Source: Paraphysomonas bandaiensis (Eukaryota; Protista; Chrysophyceae). From it: DNA of 64,000 bases. This document shows positions 38,144-50,980 of the stretch, piece by piece. Both the position numbers and the translations under genes were made by a program. The notes below the pieces were generated by a model, which saw only the letters and a list, made by a program, of their open reading frames with translations, searched no databases and was not told where the DNA came from. Where the stretch lies: contig CBFFRP010000395.1 in assembly GCA_965644295.1 (NCBI GenBank), positions 186,001 through 250,000 on the forward strand, in the 5' to 3' direction. The stretch's first letter is position 1. Every line of letters begins with the position of its first letter.

Positions 38144-41100
38144 TTAAAAATGAGTGCTTTTAAATTTCGATGTCATCCACTCTATCTTATTGGAAGCATA
38201 CGGTACTTCATCAATATCGTTATCTAGATGAAACTTACCTCCATATGTAACATTATCTACAAACCTTATCTTCAACATTTTATGCACCATATCAACGTCA
38301 ACAACAGCTGCAACATCACTGGTGCCGGAATCATCACTGTCGTCAGAACTACCATTACCAATTTTGACAAAGTACCCTTTCGCAACGTCAATGTTGGGTC
38401 GAGGACAAGGTAATAGTAACTCCGACGGACAATGTGGTATCACTCGACTTCTTTGCAATCTGTAGACAACAAATAAAATATAGAAAGACATGTACCTTAA
38501 TTCATTCTACCTGCCCCGAGCTAGTGCTTGTACTCGAGTAACTGCCTTTTCCAGTGCCTCCTTATCAGACAGGGCCACAGGAACACCAGATAGTCCAGTT
38601 ATGGATGACTGGGATGTCTCCATTGGAGAAGTCTCCTCCAGCCAAATTAAACCAGGCGTGTCGTAACGAATACGTTCTTCACGAACACCACCACCTTCAA
38701 TATTGAACAGAACAACCAAAACTCCAGCATCGACATCGACATCATCTACCCGACCTTCGTTTTCCGAATCTTCAATTGTTGCTACCCAGTACCCAACAGC
38801 GTTGCCAATCGTCGGAGGACTATCTATCTCTATGAGATTTACATCGTCGTCGTCATTCGCAACTCCGGCCTGTGTAGCAGCTTGCTCCCTCACATGTCTG
38901 CAGTAGTGGTTATAATATCAATTTGGCTACATGATCGACATAGAGTGGAATTTTAACTTACGTTCCCCGATTAGTGGCTTGTATTCGTGTTGCAGCCCAG
39001 TCGGCAGGGTTGTTATAAATCTCTGCAACTGGAGTATCATCTATAGTATTTGAGAAAAGATATGGATATATGCAAATAATTACCACCGCATTGTTGGGAT
39101 CGAAGTCGTAAATTGCGTCGGTCACGCCTACCACGAAGTAAAGCTTGGATTTTGGTCACAGCCCATTCATCACGTTGTTGCTCTTTAGCGTTGTGCATTC
39201 TGAACCAATTCAAAATATCTGGGCTGTCGTAGGCTATCTCATACTCATCAGGATTTTCATCGTCACCAAAATTAACAACCATCAATCCCGTGGAAATATC
39301 AACACTTTCAACAAGACCTTCGCCCCCATCGTACTCACTGACCTCGACCCAATATCCAGTGGCTTCGCCAATCGGAGGCCTTGGTACTATATTGAGAACC
39401 ATAATGTCGTTCTCTTTATCGTCATCAACTGTTCCAAGAGCAGCATTAACGACATCACTTATCAAATACCTGCACTTCATTAAAACAAACATCAATAAAT
39501 CGACTATACGACACCCACTTTCGCCGATAAAGTGACTGTATTTTCAATGCCGCTTTGTTCTCAATCTGCTCCCTCTTTAGTTTCCTATATATACGCCTCC
39601 CACGCATTCCTCTTATACGCGCCTGAAGAATGCATGCACACTTCTGCATGTTTTGCATCTTATTCATCTTCTCTGAAAGGATGTTTCTGCGATGAGCAAC
39701 AACGAAACTTCTTTGAATAAGGAGCGCACTAGCCCTTATTCTTTGGGCCTTATGGTATGCGTGTCGCATACGACACACTGATTGTAGCGTCAACACTGCA
39801 TCACTCTCCGTTATTTTCTTCTTTGCCTTGCGCCGCATTAATATCAATTTCCATAACGCTCTCTTGAGTCTGCGTGTTTTGGATATCTTGACAAAAAAAC
39901 GTAGCAAAACACATAATGCCCGCCCACGCCGGCGTCTCCTCGAGTGAGCACGAAGTATTTCTTCGTGAAGTGGCAAGATGGCATTGTGGGAGCATTTCGC
40001 ATACCACTCCTTGTAAGCTCCGCGTTCGTTCCGGTGTTGAGTAATAGTCGAGCTGAAGAGCTTCATGTCGGCGATAGCTTCATCGATCTGACGCCTACGC
40101 TCCTTCTCAGCAGTCTTCAGTTCGTTTATTGCAGCGCTGGTGCTGCTGATGGCAAAGGAATCCTCTTTACTGAAACACACATTTGGGGTATCTATGTCAA
40201 ATAACCGAGAAAACTTCAAGGAATTCGATAAGTCTTCACTGAACCTTTGCCAGTCAAATTCATACTGCGAATAGGTCTGCTTCAAGTTTTCGGCTCTTAA
40301 GATGCCGTCCTCTAGGACCTTCTGTCGCTGCGTGTGGTGGGATTCTGTTTCAGGTATTGATATCAAATCGGCGTCTTCCGACGGATAAATGCGTCGAATC
40401 ATGTCCTCTGGTACACCAGCCTCTCGTGATCCATCAAAGTATTCCACACTGTATGTTCCCCCCTTCCAGGATCTGGATACTACACCTTGACACCATTCCT
40501 TTCCCTCTTGTCGTACCTCCACAAAGTCCCCTCGGGTGAATGTACCTGGGGCCTCTTCCCATCCAACTTTAGCAGCAGAAATCAGTCGCAATCGATTAGC
40601 AGTCACACCAGACTCAGTGCCCCCCCCATTGAATTGCACAGTGTACGTTGCATCCGAACTCCAGCTACACACTATTCCTGAGCACCACGCGAGTCCACCA
40701 TTCGGCACGCACTCCACCATATCCCCCACATGAAACACCAAGTCACTTGCTGTAGAATCATGTGATCTCTCTCGGCAAATACGATCCAGAGTTTTAGATG
40801 CTGCATTGTCATTATACATATCATCACTACTATGATGTGATGATGAAAATTTTCGATAGCGCGAATGCATACTTCCATGACTACTTCTCCGTTTATCAGA
40901 TCCAATAAGTGATTCATTCCAATTTGAAAAGAAAAACGTACGAAATTCTTTTGCAGATATTACACCATCATTATTAGAATCTAAATAGTTTACTAATCTA
41001 TCGATACAATCATCTGGTAATTTAGATAATGTACCTTTTGTTAATCTTTTTAATGCTTTTTTTAATGCATAAACTTCAATTAAATTTCCTCTTAATAAAT

Positions 41101-41272
41101 GAACATTAGCTGCTTTAGCAAATGTATTAATGAGTATCATATCATGAGCATCAGTATGGTTATGTACGGCTTTATATACCGTCTGTTTACCTAATTTATT
41201 TAATAAGACATGGTGGATGATATGTAGTGATGTATGAAGATCAGTAGGAGAGGGTTGTTTGGTTGTATTCAT
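38144..41272 (-). CDS. Large multi-exon protein: EF-hand, two Tudor/Agenet-like domains, many IQ motifs and repeated acidic beta-barrel-like modules
   Basis: LDSNNDGVISAKEF; FHVGDMVE..W..G.V..TYTVQF.GG.E.GV (x2); IQARIRG, IQALLRG, VQALARG; P.P.I..A.GY.V modules (x3). Confidence 0.8.
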
Positions 41273-41934
41273 TGTGTATAGCAGTGTGTGTGTGTATAGT
41301 ATGAGTGTGTATGTGTGTGTATAGATAGAGTTAGTTAGACATGTATATGTATGTATAGAGAGATTGAATGATAGATAGATTGAGGTGTGATTGTATAGAT
41401 GATAAGGGAGAGAATCAGTGTGTGTGTATGAGGGTGATAATGATGATGGAGTGTGTTATGGTATGATACTTAAGGTGTTTAAGTAACAGTTATATATATA
41501 TATACGTATCGGCATTCAGCATCTTATTTTTCGGAAATAAATTGAATCATAAATTATCTATATTTCTGCAATACAACTACGGCTGGAATACAGATAATTA
41601 TTGCCTCAATATTAGAGGCATCTATATATAGCAGTAGTGGATGTACAGTAGTGTACAGCAGTATCTATAGGTCTTTTATGTAATATTTCTTTGGTTTTTA
41701 CAAAGGTTCCCATAGAAAACCTGAGATTCTAGGTTAAAATATACTGCTGTACATGTATTTTCACTATATATCGAAGGATTGTAGAGTACGGTTATGTATT
41801 CCATGGTATTTATCCTTGCTGTATGGAACATACATACATATAAATATACACAACATACACGTACGCCATACGGCATGGTACTGTTGCTAGACACACTCTA
41901 CCATACCATACTACGACGTACACCACACCCACCC

Positions 41935-42097
41935 ATACATACATACAACCCACACATACATACACTCACTCATACACACACTCATACATACACTCACACA
42001 TACATACACTCATACACCCACCCACATATACATACATACATACATACATACATACATACATACATACATACATACATACATACATACATACATACAC
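41935..42097 (+). repeat. CA/ATAC-rich simple repeat upstream of the beta-lactamase-fold gene
   Basis: Directly visible; it accounts for the spurious HTYI N-terminus of ORF 41794. Confidence 0.9.
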
Positions 42098-42213
42098 TCA
42101 GCCATCTATCGAACTCAACTCATCCACAAGTTATTCATTCCATTACAATCTACCATCAACCTCTCCTTACATATCAAACCACATACTATCATCCTTCTAT
42201 TCATATCCATCAA

Positions 42214-43813
42214 ATGGCACATTGGAAAGTTAATTATAAACCATATTATAAAGCAGCTGGAATGTTTGCTGGTGCATTATCATTCAGTGTATTATTTACA
42301 TCAACTATATCTAATAAATCATATCCATGTAAACCAGGAACATACACAGCAACTGTTCCTGCATTAGTTATATGGGGACCACATGGTAGAGGAGGTACAA
42401 CATATGGATATGTTAAACCAGAATTTGAAGAAGTACGAAGTGCATTTCATGAGAATTTTTCAAGAAATTTAGAAATGGGAAGTCAACTTGTAATTTATTA
42501 TAAGGGTGAATTAGTAGTGGATTTATATGGATTTTCTAGTCGTCAAGATTATTATGATATGAATACATTACAATCCATTGATGGATGTGGTATGAATATG
42601 GAATCATTATGTATTGCTGTATTAGCTGATCGTGGATTATTATCATATGATGATCCGGTTAGTAAATACTGGCCAGAGTTTGGTCAACACAGTAAAGATA
42701 AGGTTACTATTGCTGATGTACTCCGACATGAGGCTGGTGTTCCATTCTTTACTGATCCTAATGCTATGGATGATGCAACGAAAGATAAGCATTTAACTGA
42801 AAAGGATGTAAGGGATGTTGTCCCTCTTGAAAATGCCATAGCGGATTCTGGGAAATATGATCTTGATGGCACTCGCTTTTATCATGGCGTAACTAGGGGT
42901 TGGATCCTTTCAGCTATCGTCCGTAGAGTGGACCCTAAACACCGCAGTCTGACGGAATTCATGCGGGAGGAGATCTGTGAGCCTCTGGAGTTGAATATCC
43001 ACTGCGGCATCTCGGCTGACAAACAAAAAGATTTGACTTTCGCCAACTTGAGTAGCGTATCAGAAGTCTTTAAATGTCTATTTATGGTGTTACCCATGGC
43101 TGTGGGGTTCGGTGACGTTGGTGTCAATGGCGTGCTCAAAAACTACGGGACAAACCCCACTTTCCTACAGCGCACAGGTAGGCACATTAGTCGTGCAGAG
43201 TGTTATTCTAACTATTGTAGTACATAATACGATACTGTATTGTACTATGTATGATGTGTAATGTGTGTGTACGTGTTTTTTGTGATTGCTTGTTTGTACA
43301 GTTGCGGCAGTGGATTTCCTATCTCAAGGCCTCACGTGGTACAATTCCCCACGGGCAAGAGAGGTTGAATTTCCATCAGGTAATATGCAAGCTAATGCCC
43401 GGTCGATAGCTCGGGCAAATACCGTTTTTACGAACGACGGTGTTGTGGATGGTAAACGTGTTCTCTCAAGTGACACCGTGAAGAAAGCACTTTCTGACCC
43501 GACAACAGTCTACGACGGGTTTCTGAAACTCAACACAGCATTAACGAAAGGTGGTTTCTGTGTGATGAAGGATACACGGGGAAGCACTGTGTCAAAAGAT
43601 TTTGCCGAAACGTTTGACGGGTATGTTGGGTGGGGTGGTCATGGTGGTTCTTTGTCTCTATTCAATCCTGAGAAGCAGATAAGTTTCGCGTACACGATGA
43701 ATGCGAAGTCTGTTAACTGGATAGGAGGCGAGCGTGGGGAGAGAATAATGAAAGCATTAAATCTCTGCATTGAAGACATAGAAGAAGATGATGATTTGGA
43801 GGATGTTTACTGA
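42214..43813 (+). CDS. Beta-lactamase/class C serine hydrolase-fold protein, catalytic SxxK missing; intron 43178-43301
   Basis: G.QLVIYYKGELVVDLYG, DRGLLSYDDPVSKYWPEF, VTIADVLRHEAG, FYH, GWGGHGGS; N-terminal hydrophobic segment. Confidence 0.88.
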
Positions 43814-45289
43814 TAAGTTTGTTGCCATTAATGCGTACGACTCAATCGGAACGTAGTCATTTTGATTGTTTCTGGTAATGTAACAATGTCACTTTTTCCC
43901 GGCATTAATACGCGCTATGCTTTAAGCACGAAGTGAGTATATGAACTGATAAGTCTCGCTGCCTTGACTGAAAGAAATACACTATCTAAATATAGGATAT
44001 AAACCTCATTACAAAAGCATCGGAACAAAGAAATTTGCATGAACATTACAAGCAAATTTAAGAACGCAATCCGCTGTCTGCTTCTTATTCTACAATTAAT
44101 TATAGTATTTCAACACTGGTTTCTAAATAAACTGAATTTTCCAAATATGTTACAAAGTTATCCTTCTTTCGCATCTTGCATATCTTCAGGTGATTTAAAA
44201 TTAGATAACAAATTAAGAGCATGTAAGTATTAGGAATCCTTTTTAGCTTCTTATATTTTACCTATTCATTTTTAGTATTTGAATTATTTCTTGACATGTT
44301 GAAACTGAAGTCTATACTTATACATAGTCCATAGTCCAATACATCAGCTAAATAAAGCAGTGTATGACATGAAGAGAAATTATTGACAACCTAGTGGTCT
44401 ACATCAACATGCACCCCATCGATTAATATAAACTAGACCGAAGTACTAAATAAGTCATGCCAGTGTGTGCTCATATGGTATCATTTCTGATCATCATGGA
44501 CTTTGTCCCTACAGAGATCATACTCTTTACTCAGCATTTTAGTTGATTTATGGGATCTATTATTGGACGTAGTCAATTAAGTGCAATTTCCTACTGACAC
44601 CAGAAATAATGTAAAAACTTTGTCAAGGGGTTGAAAATATACAATAAATGATTCTTATTTTCCGTTTACAATGCCTAGGTTTTAAGTGTTAACGATATTT
44701 ACCTAGCCATCAATTATTGGATGCCGATTCTGAAATATTGCTTTGACTAGACACCAAAATTAGTGTGTCTAAGTAATTCAACCAATTTGACTAGGTTGAA
44801 TAATATTTTCCTACAATACTACACACATATTTCGCTCTGCATAATATATCATGATCTCAAAATGTTGTGTTCAATTTGGCTAATTACTGAGCAATTAAAA
44901 ACTTAATCTTAAGCTTTTTGAATTGTAACCGTTGAATGAAGGGTACAGAAGATAATGGCAGTATTATATGAAGTTTAGTAAAACGGTATGAACTATATAT
45001 GTTAGAAAACTGTAGAATACTGCCTGGTCGTGTATTGTTGTAAACACAATCATTGTATTACATGACAATGAATGCCGATACTGAGAATTAGTTGTGTTTA
45101 AGTTAAGTTCGTTACTTCTACTCTATTCGTGGTGTTCTGGGGGATAAGTACCGGAGATATTTCTCCGGAAAACTTACGTGAGCCACATACATAGTTAACA
45201 GATACTGTTTTCCCACTCATAGCCAAATGTTTGTGTGGTACAAGGGTTACTAAAAAATGTCACTAGTGTAGACGTCTTTGGGCCTTGAC

Positions 45290-45504
45290 GAATAAACAGG
45301 CATCCGGGAATGGGCCCACCCCAAGGGCATCCAGGGTATTGGGCTGCCTGCTGAAGTCAAGCATCCGGGCTAGTTCGCCTTATTGACAGAGAGCGAAAGT
45401 GGTTTCCCATGGTGACACACAAGCAGCATTCGTAGCGCCAAATAGTAGGACATCAGAGCTAAGCATTAGTTAAACTGTTTTGCAACAACGTTAGTTCTGA
45501 CTCT
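45290..45504 (+). ncRNA. Unidentified ~215-nt structured element, copy B
   Basis: Inverted paralog of 37451-37674; three RCATCCRGG motifs, 3' stem TCAGAGCTAA/TTAGTTCTGA, followed by TTTT. Confidence 0.5.
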
Positions 45505-46038
45505 TACTTTTCCTTACTCTTTGGTCTGAAGTCAGAATTGTAGCCCAACAAAAAGTTACATCTTTTTTATTGTTCATATTTCTGCTCTTACGTACAACGT
45601 CCTGTATCAGGTATTGTCTTCTTAGTTCCTATTTCTTCTGTTCATAATACCCCAAATGGTATCAGAATGATTTCCCTGTTATCCTCTAATATCATCCTAA
45701 TCTCGTCTCACACGTCCTAGAACTACAGTAATTGTTCTATTTCAAGCAGAAATTCTATACAGACATAAGCATATACAAGGGATTATATGTTACATGTTAG
45801 AACAACCAAGTAGCTGGATGTTCCTACTTCAGTAAATCCACAACACTTTTCAAAATTTTAATACTTGTCCAGCATGATAATAACACTAGTTTTAATTATG
45901 CGACCTTGAAATAGCCTAGGTAGCAAAAAAGGAAAATTTTCACAAGTAACATATATTAGTTAAATTGTGACAAAAATCCAATAATTTAGATCCGTCATTC
46001 GGAAATCAGTTTCTACATCTGTGCTATCTTTAAATGCT

Positions 46039-49000
46039 TCAGGTGAGTGTCGATGCTAATTCCTTTTCAGATTGCTCCAACTTGAGTCTAAACTCCTCCG
46101 GGTCCATGCTCAGATCATCGCTCTCTAAGTTACTTACAAATTCCATGGCTGACCTGTAAGCGTATTCAATCACATAACATGGCACTGCTGTCAAATGCGA
46201 TCTCCTACCGCATATTTATGAAACAGTATCCAGCTCTCCCTCGTAGATGAACAGGGTTATGAAAACTCTGAATGTACTCGCAATTCGAGTACAATTGAGG
46301 GACATGACAGTGCATGACAACCCATATCAGCAACGGTAGGAAGTCATCGGCCCCAGGGGCAGACTCACTTAAGTTTTCGTCTGTTTTCGCTCTCGCAAGA
46401 TTTAGCGAGCGGAATATAACAGACGCACAACGAGTCTATTAAAAAATCAGTCCAATCACCCAGGAAAGAAAATAGTCCTTACCACACAGGCGATCTTATC
46501 TGCTGGGGTGTGATATGAATTAATTTTCTTCAACTCATCTCGTGCAAGTGTCCACACGAGGTCGTTTCGAAGCTCAGGCTTGATATCCAGAGCCTGTTCA
46601 GCAGTTAAGTACTTCTGAATGGCAGCTACAGTATCCTTACCTCAGCCTCTACAAAAGCAAGCAGTTTCATACGACGCAGGAGCTGCTCATCTTCTTCTGG
46701 ACACTCAACACTCATAAAAGCATACTTCCCGAGTTTAGTCATGATGTATTTTTCCAGACAGTCCCTAGCAGACACGTATCTTTCGTCTGACTGACCTCCC
46801 CAGACTGGATCTTGTCTCATATGTTCCACAATGGCCTCCATAAAATCATTACAACGGTCTGCAAGCCGATGCATCCCGTGGAATTCATAATCAAGCTGAG
46901 AAGTAGAGTCAGTATAAAAACCCACGAACCATACAACCATAAGCATACCTTGTCACCTTGTTCAGGAGGTGTACAGTCACGTTTAGGCCCCAGCACACTC
47001 TCAATGAATTTTCTACATAGAGATAGGAAACGTCAAGGTCAATTAGAAAGAGAAACATATGCATTACCTTATAGCGTTGACGATATTCTTGCTCTCTGGG
47101 TGCATGAGTTTGTTAATAAACTCCTGATAGTAGTAGACCTTCACGCAAAAAAGAATTAGAAAAATTTTTATACGTCAATTGTGTACATTCTGATTAGGAT
47201 TGGGTTTCTTTTGTGACTCTCGAGCCCGTGTAGCTGTTGCGTTGTCATCATTGAAGAGTGCCTTAATCGATGTGGTATCTTGCTTTTGGGTGTCTCCATC
47301 TACACTAAACTGTCCTTCGAACAGCCCATGGGCATCCATCTTCTCCTGTGCTAATCCTGCTTCAGATCCAGAACGCTCTTTTGTTTCCTGTTCCTGGAAC
47401 ATGAATCCGGCGTACTCCGAAGTCGAAGAAAGGAACGTTGCATAGCTATCCAAGGATGAATTCTTAAAGCTGTCTCTGCGTTCACCAGAGTTCCTCCCAC
47501 TATCTGAAAATAGTAGCGTGTCAAGATTCAGCCGATCTTCCGCTGAAAGGTCAGGGAATGGAGCAGAAGCAACAGTACTGTCATCTACCATTTCCTCCAT
47601 CATACTCTCCACCTACACACCATACGATATACAATCACAAACAGGGAGAAGACTGGGCAATGAACTCACTCTGCCAGCATCGAAACCCATGTCATCGAGG
47701 TTGTGTTTGAGCGTTGAAAGCTTACGATCGTGATTATTAGACCAGATAGAGTTGCTCTTACTTCTAGAGTGAGATACAGAAGCTACTTCCGCCATCAACT
47801 CTGCAATGACCGCCTCTTTCGCCTTTACCTCACTCTGAAGGAAGGCCATCTGTCCACAAGAAAGCACGTCAGTATGAACAAGGAGCTTTACCAGATCGCA
47901 CCTGAGCGCGGAGCTGCTCATTCTGCTCAGACAGCCCACTGAGTCCCATTTCTACCATATCTTCCTTCTGTGCTCCCCTTGCGTTATCACGGTTGTCGGG
48001 TATATCTGAGTCTTCACCGAAAAGTGCAGAAGCTGCACCTCGGGTCACTCGCTTGCTGGCCCGAGTGCTGAGCGGTGATGACACTGCCCCACTTGTTCCA
48101 TCTCCCAGCTCTCTCAATACGGCATACACATCCTCTTCTTCTCGCTCACCACTGCGATACCGACTCTCCGAAGGTGTACCCCGCCCAGGAGAAGATTGGC
48201 CACGATATACAGATAATTCCTTTTGCAGCGCTGCAATGCGGACCTCTCTCTCCCGCAACTGGTGAGTCAAGCTCGTAGCCTAAAAATCAGAGTCAATAAC
48301 GCCATCGAAAACTTAATTGGATGTACCTGAGCTCGCAGGTCGCTGTTCTCCTTAGCAACTTCTCGAAGCGTCGGTCCTCCTGTTGTATTTAACGAGAACA
48401 TTTCGTCGGAACCCATCACCACGGGTAGGGAATCAGAGGCGTCACCGAAGAGGCTATCATTCCGTCCAATACCGGCAGTGCGATCCCGGGAATAGGTGCG
48501 AGTAGAATTCTGAGGAGATGCCGAAGGCAGACCCAGATCCAAGTCAAGTCCCTGCATGTACGGGTCGTCGTTCATCTTTCCGAAGAAGTCTTCCAGTTCC
48601 GCTAGCTCATCCTTCCCGCCCTTAGGGGGCTCCGCTGCTGAAGCAGGTGCATCAAAATTATCTTCTTTAGTTGGTTGAGGATTGAACTCTGCGCTCCCTG
48701 ATAATGGTTCGTCTTCTAATTCTTCAGTAAGTCTGGTAGTGTCGGCAACTGGTGATATCTCTGAAGGAGGCCCTTCTCCTGGAGGCATCTCTGCATCAGT
48801 AGGTGCCTCAGATCCACTGGGCTGTGACTCAATGGACGAGGAAACTACGACAGCTACTTCGTCCAATTCAACTTCTATCTTAGCAGAGTGATCTTCAATA
48901 GGAACTACACAGGAAATTTCAACATCATTCGTAACCTCTTGTTGTACTTCCACTGGTTCATCTGGAAGAGTATTCACTACTTTCTGAACAATATCATCCT

Positions 49001-49550
49001 CGTTGTTGGTAACTATATCTTTACAACTACTCAGAGACGATGGCTCATCATTCGATAACGTGTTCCCAACAACTGTTTCCTCAGATATGCTGAGAGTTTC
49101 TATATTGGGTGTTGTTTCTGTATTCGTTTCACTTGAAGCCTCTGCAACAGTGACATCACAAACATTCTCTGCCTTCATCTCCTCCTCTTCAGATAAATAA
49201 ACGGATCCATTTACATGTTCTTTCAATCCATTTTCTTGATTATCTTGTATTGATGTTGTTATAATAGTATCTGCTGCTGCTGAGGATGATGTAGTATGAT
49301 TAGTAACCGCTATAGACTGTGTTACTACTGTATGATCATGTGTATATATACGTGTATTATCTATACCGATCTTATTATTCATACAATGAACTTCAGCTGA
49401 TACTTTTTCATATGAGAGTGTCCTCTTTTGATGTTGTGTATGCCTTTCAGGGGAGTGAACTACATGCGATGTTTCCTGTGGTGTTATATCACTATCTACT
49501 TCACCATTTAATGCTCTTCGTCTTGCTAATTTGGCTGCTAATTCTGCCAT
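46039..49550 (-). CDS. VPS9-domain Rab5 GEF with long acidic N-terminus and coiled coils, multi-exon
   Basis: LEKYIMTKL, ELKKINSYHTPADKIAC, PGADDFLPLLIWVV, SNCEYIQ, GYCFINMRSAMEFV. Confidence 0.9.
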
Positions 49551-50980
49551 TAAAATCTATTAGATTAAGTGGGTATATAGTAGCATTTGATAGTATGGTA
49601 TGAGAGTGTACATAACACAGTTATAATATGAGCGAGTTATATGCCTATGTATACACAGCAGTGTACAGTAGCAGTCGTACGACACATACATAGAGTACAT
49701 ACATACACAATATCCTAGTGCTTGTATATGCATATATACTGTGTATACTAGTGCTTGTATGTTGTATATGCATACATACAGTACATACTGTACACATATA
49801 CACAGTATACTACGTAGTGCTTGTAAACATATGTCGTAGTATACCTCCGTATAAGGTACTGTATACACAGTATTGAAATTACAGTTTTTTAGCGAATGTG
49901 TTTATACAGAGCAGTATACCATTGTATACCGTACTATCGCTCAACCAATCAGATCTGCCTATAACATAACATACACACATACACACACAATGTATACGAT
50001 CGTCGTGTTTTCCCCAATTCAGCTTCCTAATAATGCAACACACCATGCACCACATATATAGACATGTATAGGAGAATAAGAAATATTGCATTCCTTTTGT
50101 TACTGCAGTAAGTAATGATGAGACCAAATATATGATGATCGCAATAACCCCGCAGAAGTATATAACCAAAGCACATGTAGTGTTGCTAGAGGGCATACAG
50201 AAAATGCTATTAATATCGTTTAGAGGCAAGCATTTAGATCTAAATTAGTATACTCCCCGTCGATTCTTCATCACTGGTTAAAGGGTATTCACTGAAAGGA
50301 TCATCCTTCTTGATCTGAATGCATCTATAGTGAGGCTACTAGAGGTTTCGAAATGTTCAGCTGTATGTGTATATATCCTCATAGTCAAAAAACTAGTACA
50401 AGTTTCGTTGAATTCATGAACGATGTTCGTAGCGTCATCCTCAAGAAGGGTTACTGTATAATGGAGCCTTTTCGCCCAATGAGGACTAAACATTCCCCAC
50501 GACAGGTATTTGTCTACTTTGCTTGTTCTCAACATTATAGATAATAACTTGCATAGAGAGATATAAACCATTTACTCATAGGTTTTACTTCTAATCTGAT
50601 TGCGGTCTCAATATAGGACTTCTGAGTATTGCGCAGGACAATTAAGTGAGGTGCTGCCCAGTCTAACTAGAAATATGTAATTTAAAAGCTACCATATTGG
50701 CAATCAGACTCTGAGCAGTTTGTCACTGACGTATCAGTTTCTTGAGGTCAATAAGAGGTCAATAAGGGCATCACAGAAAGACTGAAACAATTATATTTAG
50801 ATCTCTTGAGGTCCTTCCTTAGCAATACGTAATCAAGTGAGGTTGTTGTGCGACTAATATCCGAATAATATTTGCATCCAGAGTTATTAAATTACAGAGA
50901 ATAACGATGCACCTTGTGTAATCAAAATATTGACGAAAGCATTTTAAACGAAATGATTGAAGTAACAACTTAAAGTAGTA

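Noticed and set aside
41794-42213. N-terminal extension of the beta-lactamase ORF
   Set aside because: Runs through simple repeats; the ATG at 42214 is the more plausible start.
37451-45504. Inverted copies as TIRs of one 8-kb Pack-MULE-like transposon carrying two genes
   Set aside because: No TSD at the outer ends, the enclosed genes look like normal intron-containing host genes, and the divergence pattern fits RNA structure better; not fully excluded.
50100-50700. Possible small plus-strand gene divergent from VPS9
   Set aside because: Only short frames with possible splice sites; no recognisable motif or consistent model.
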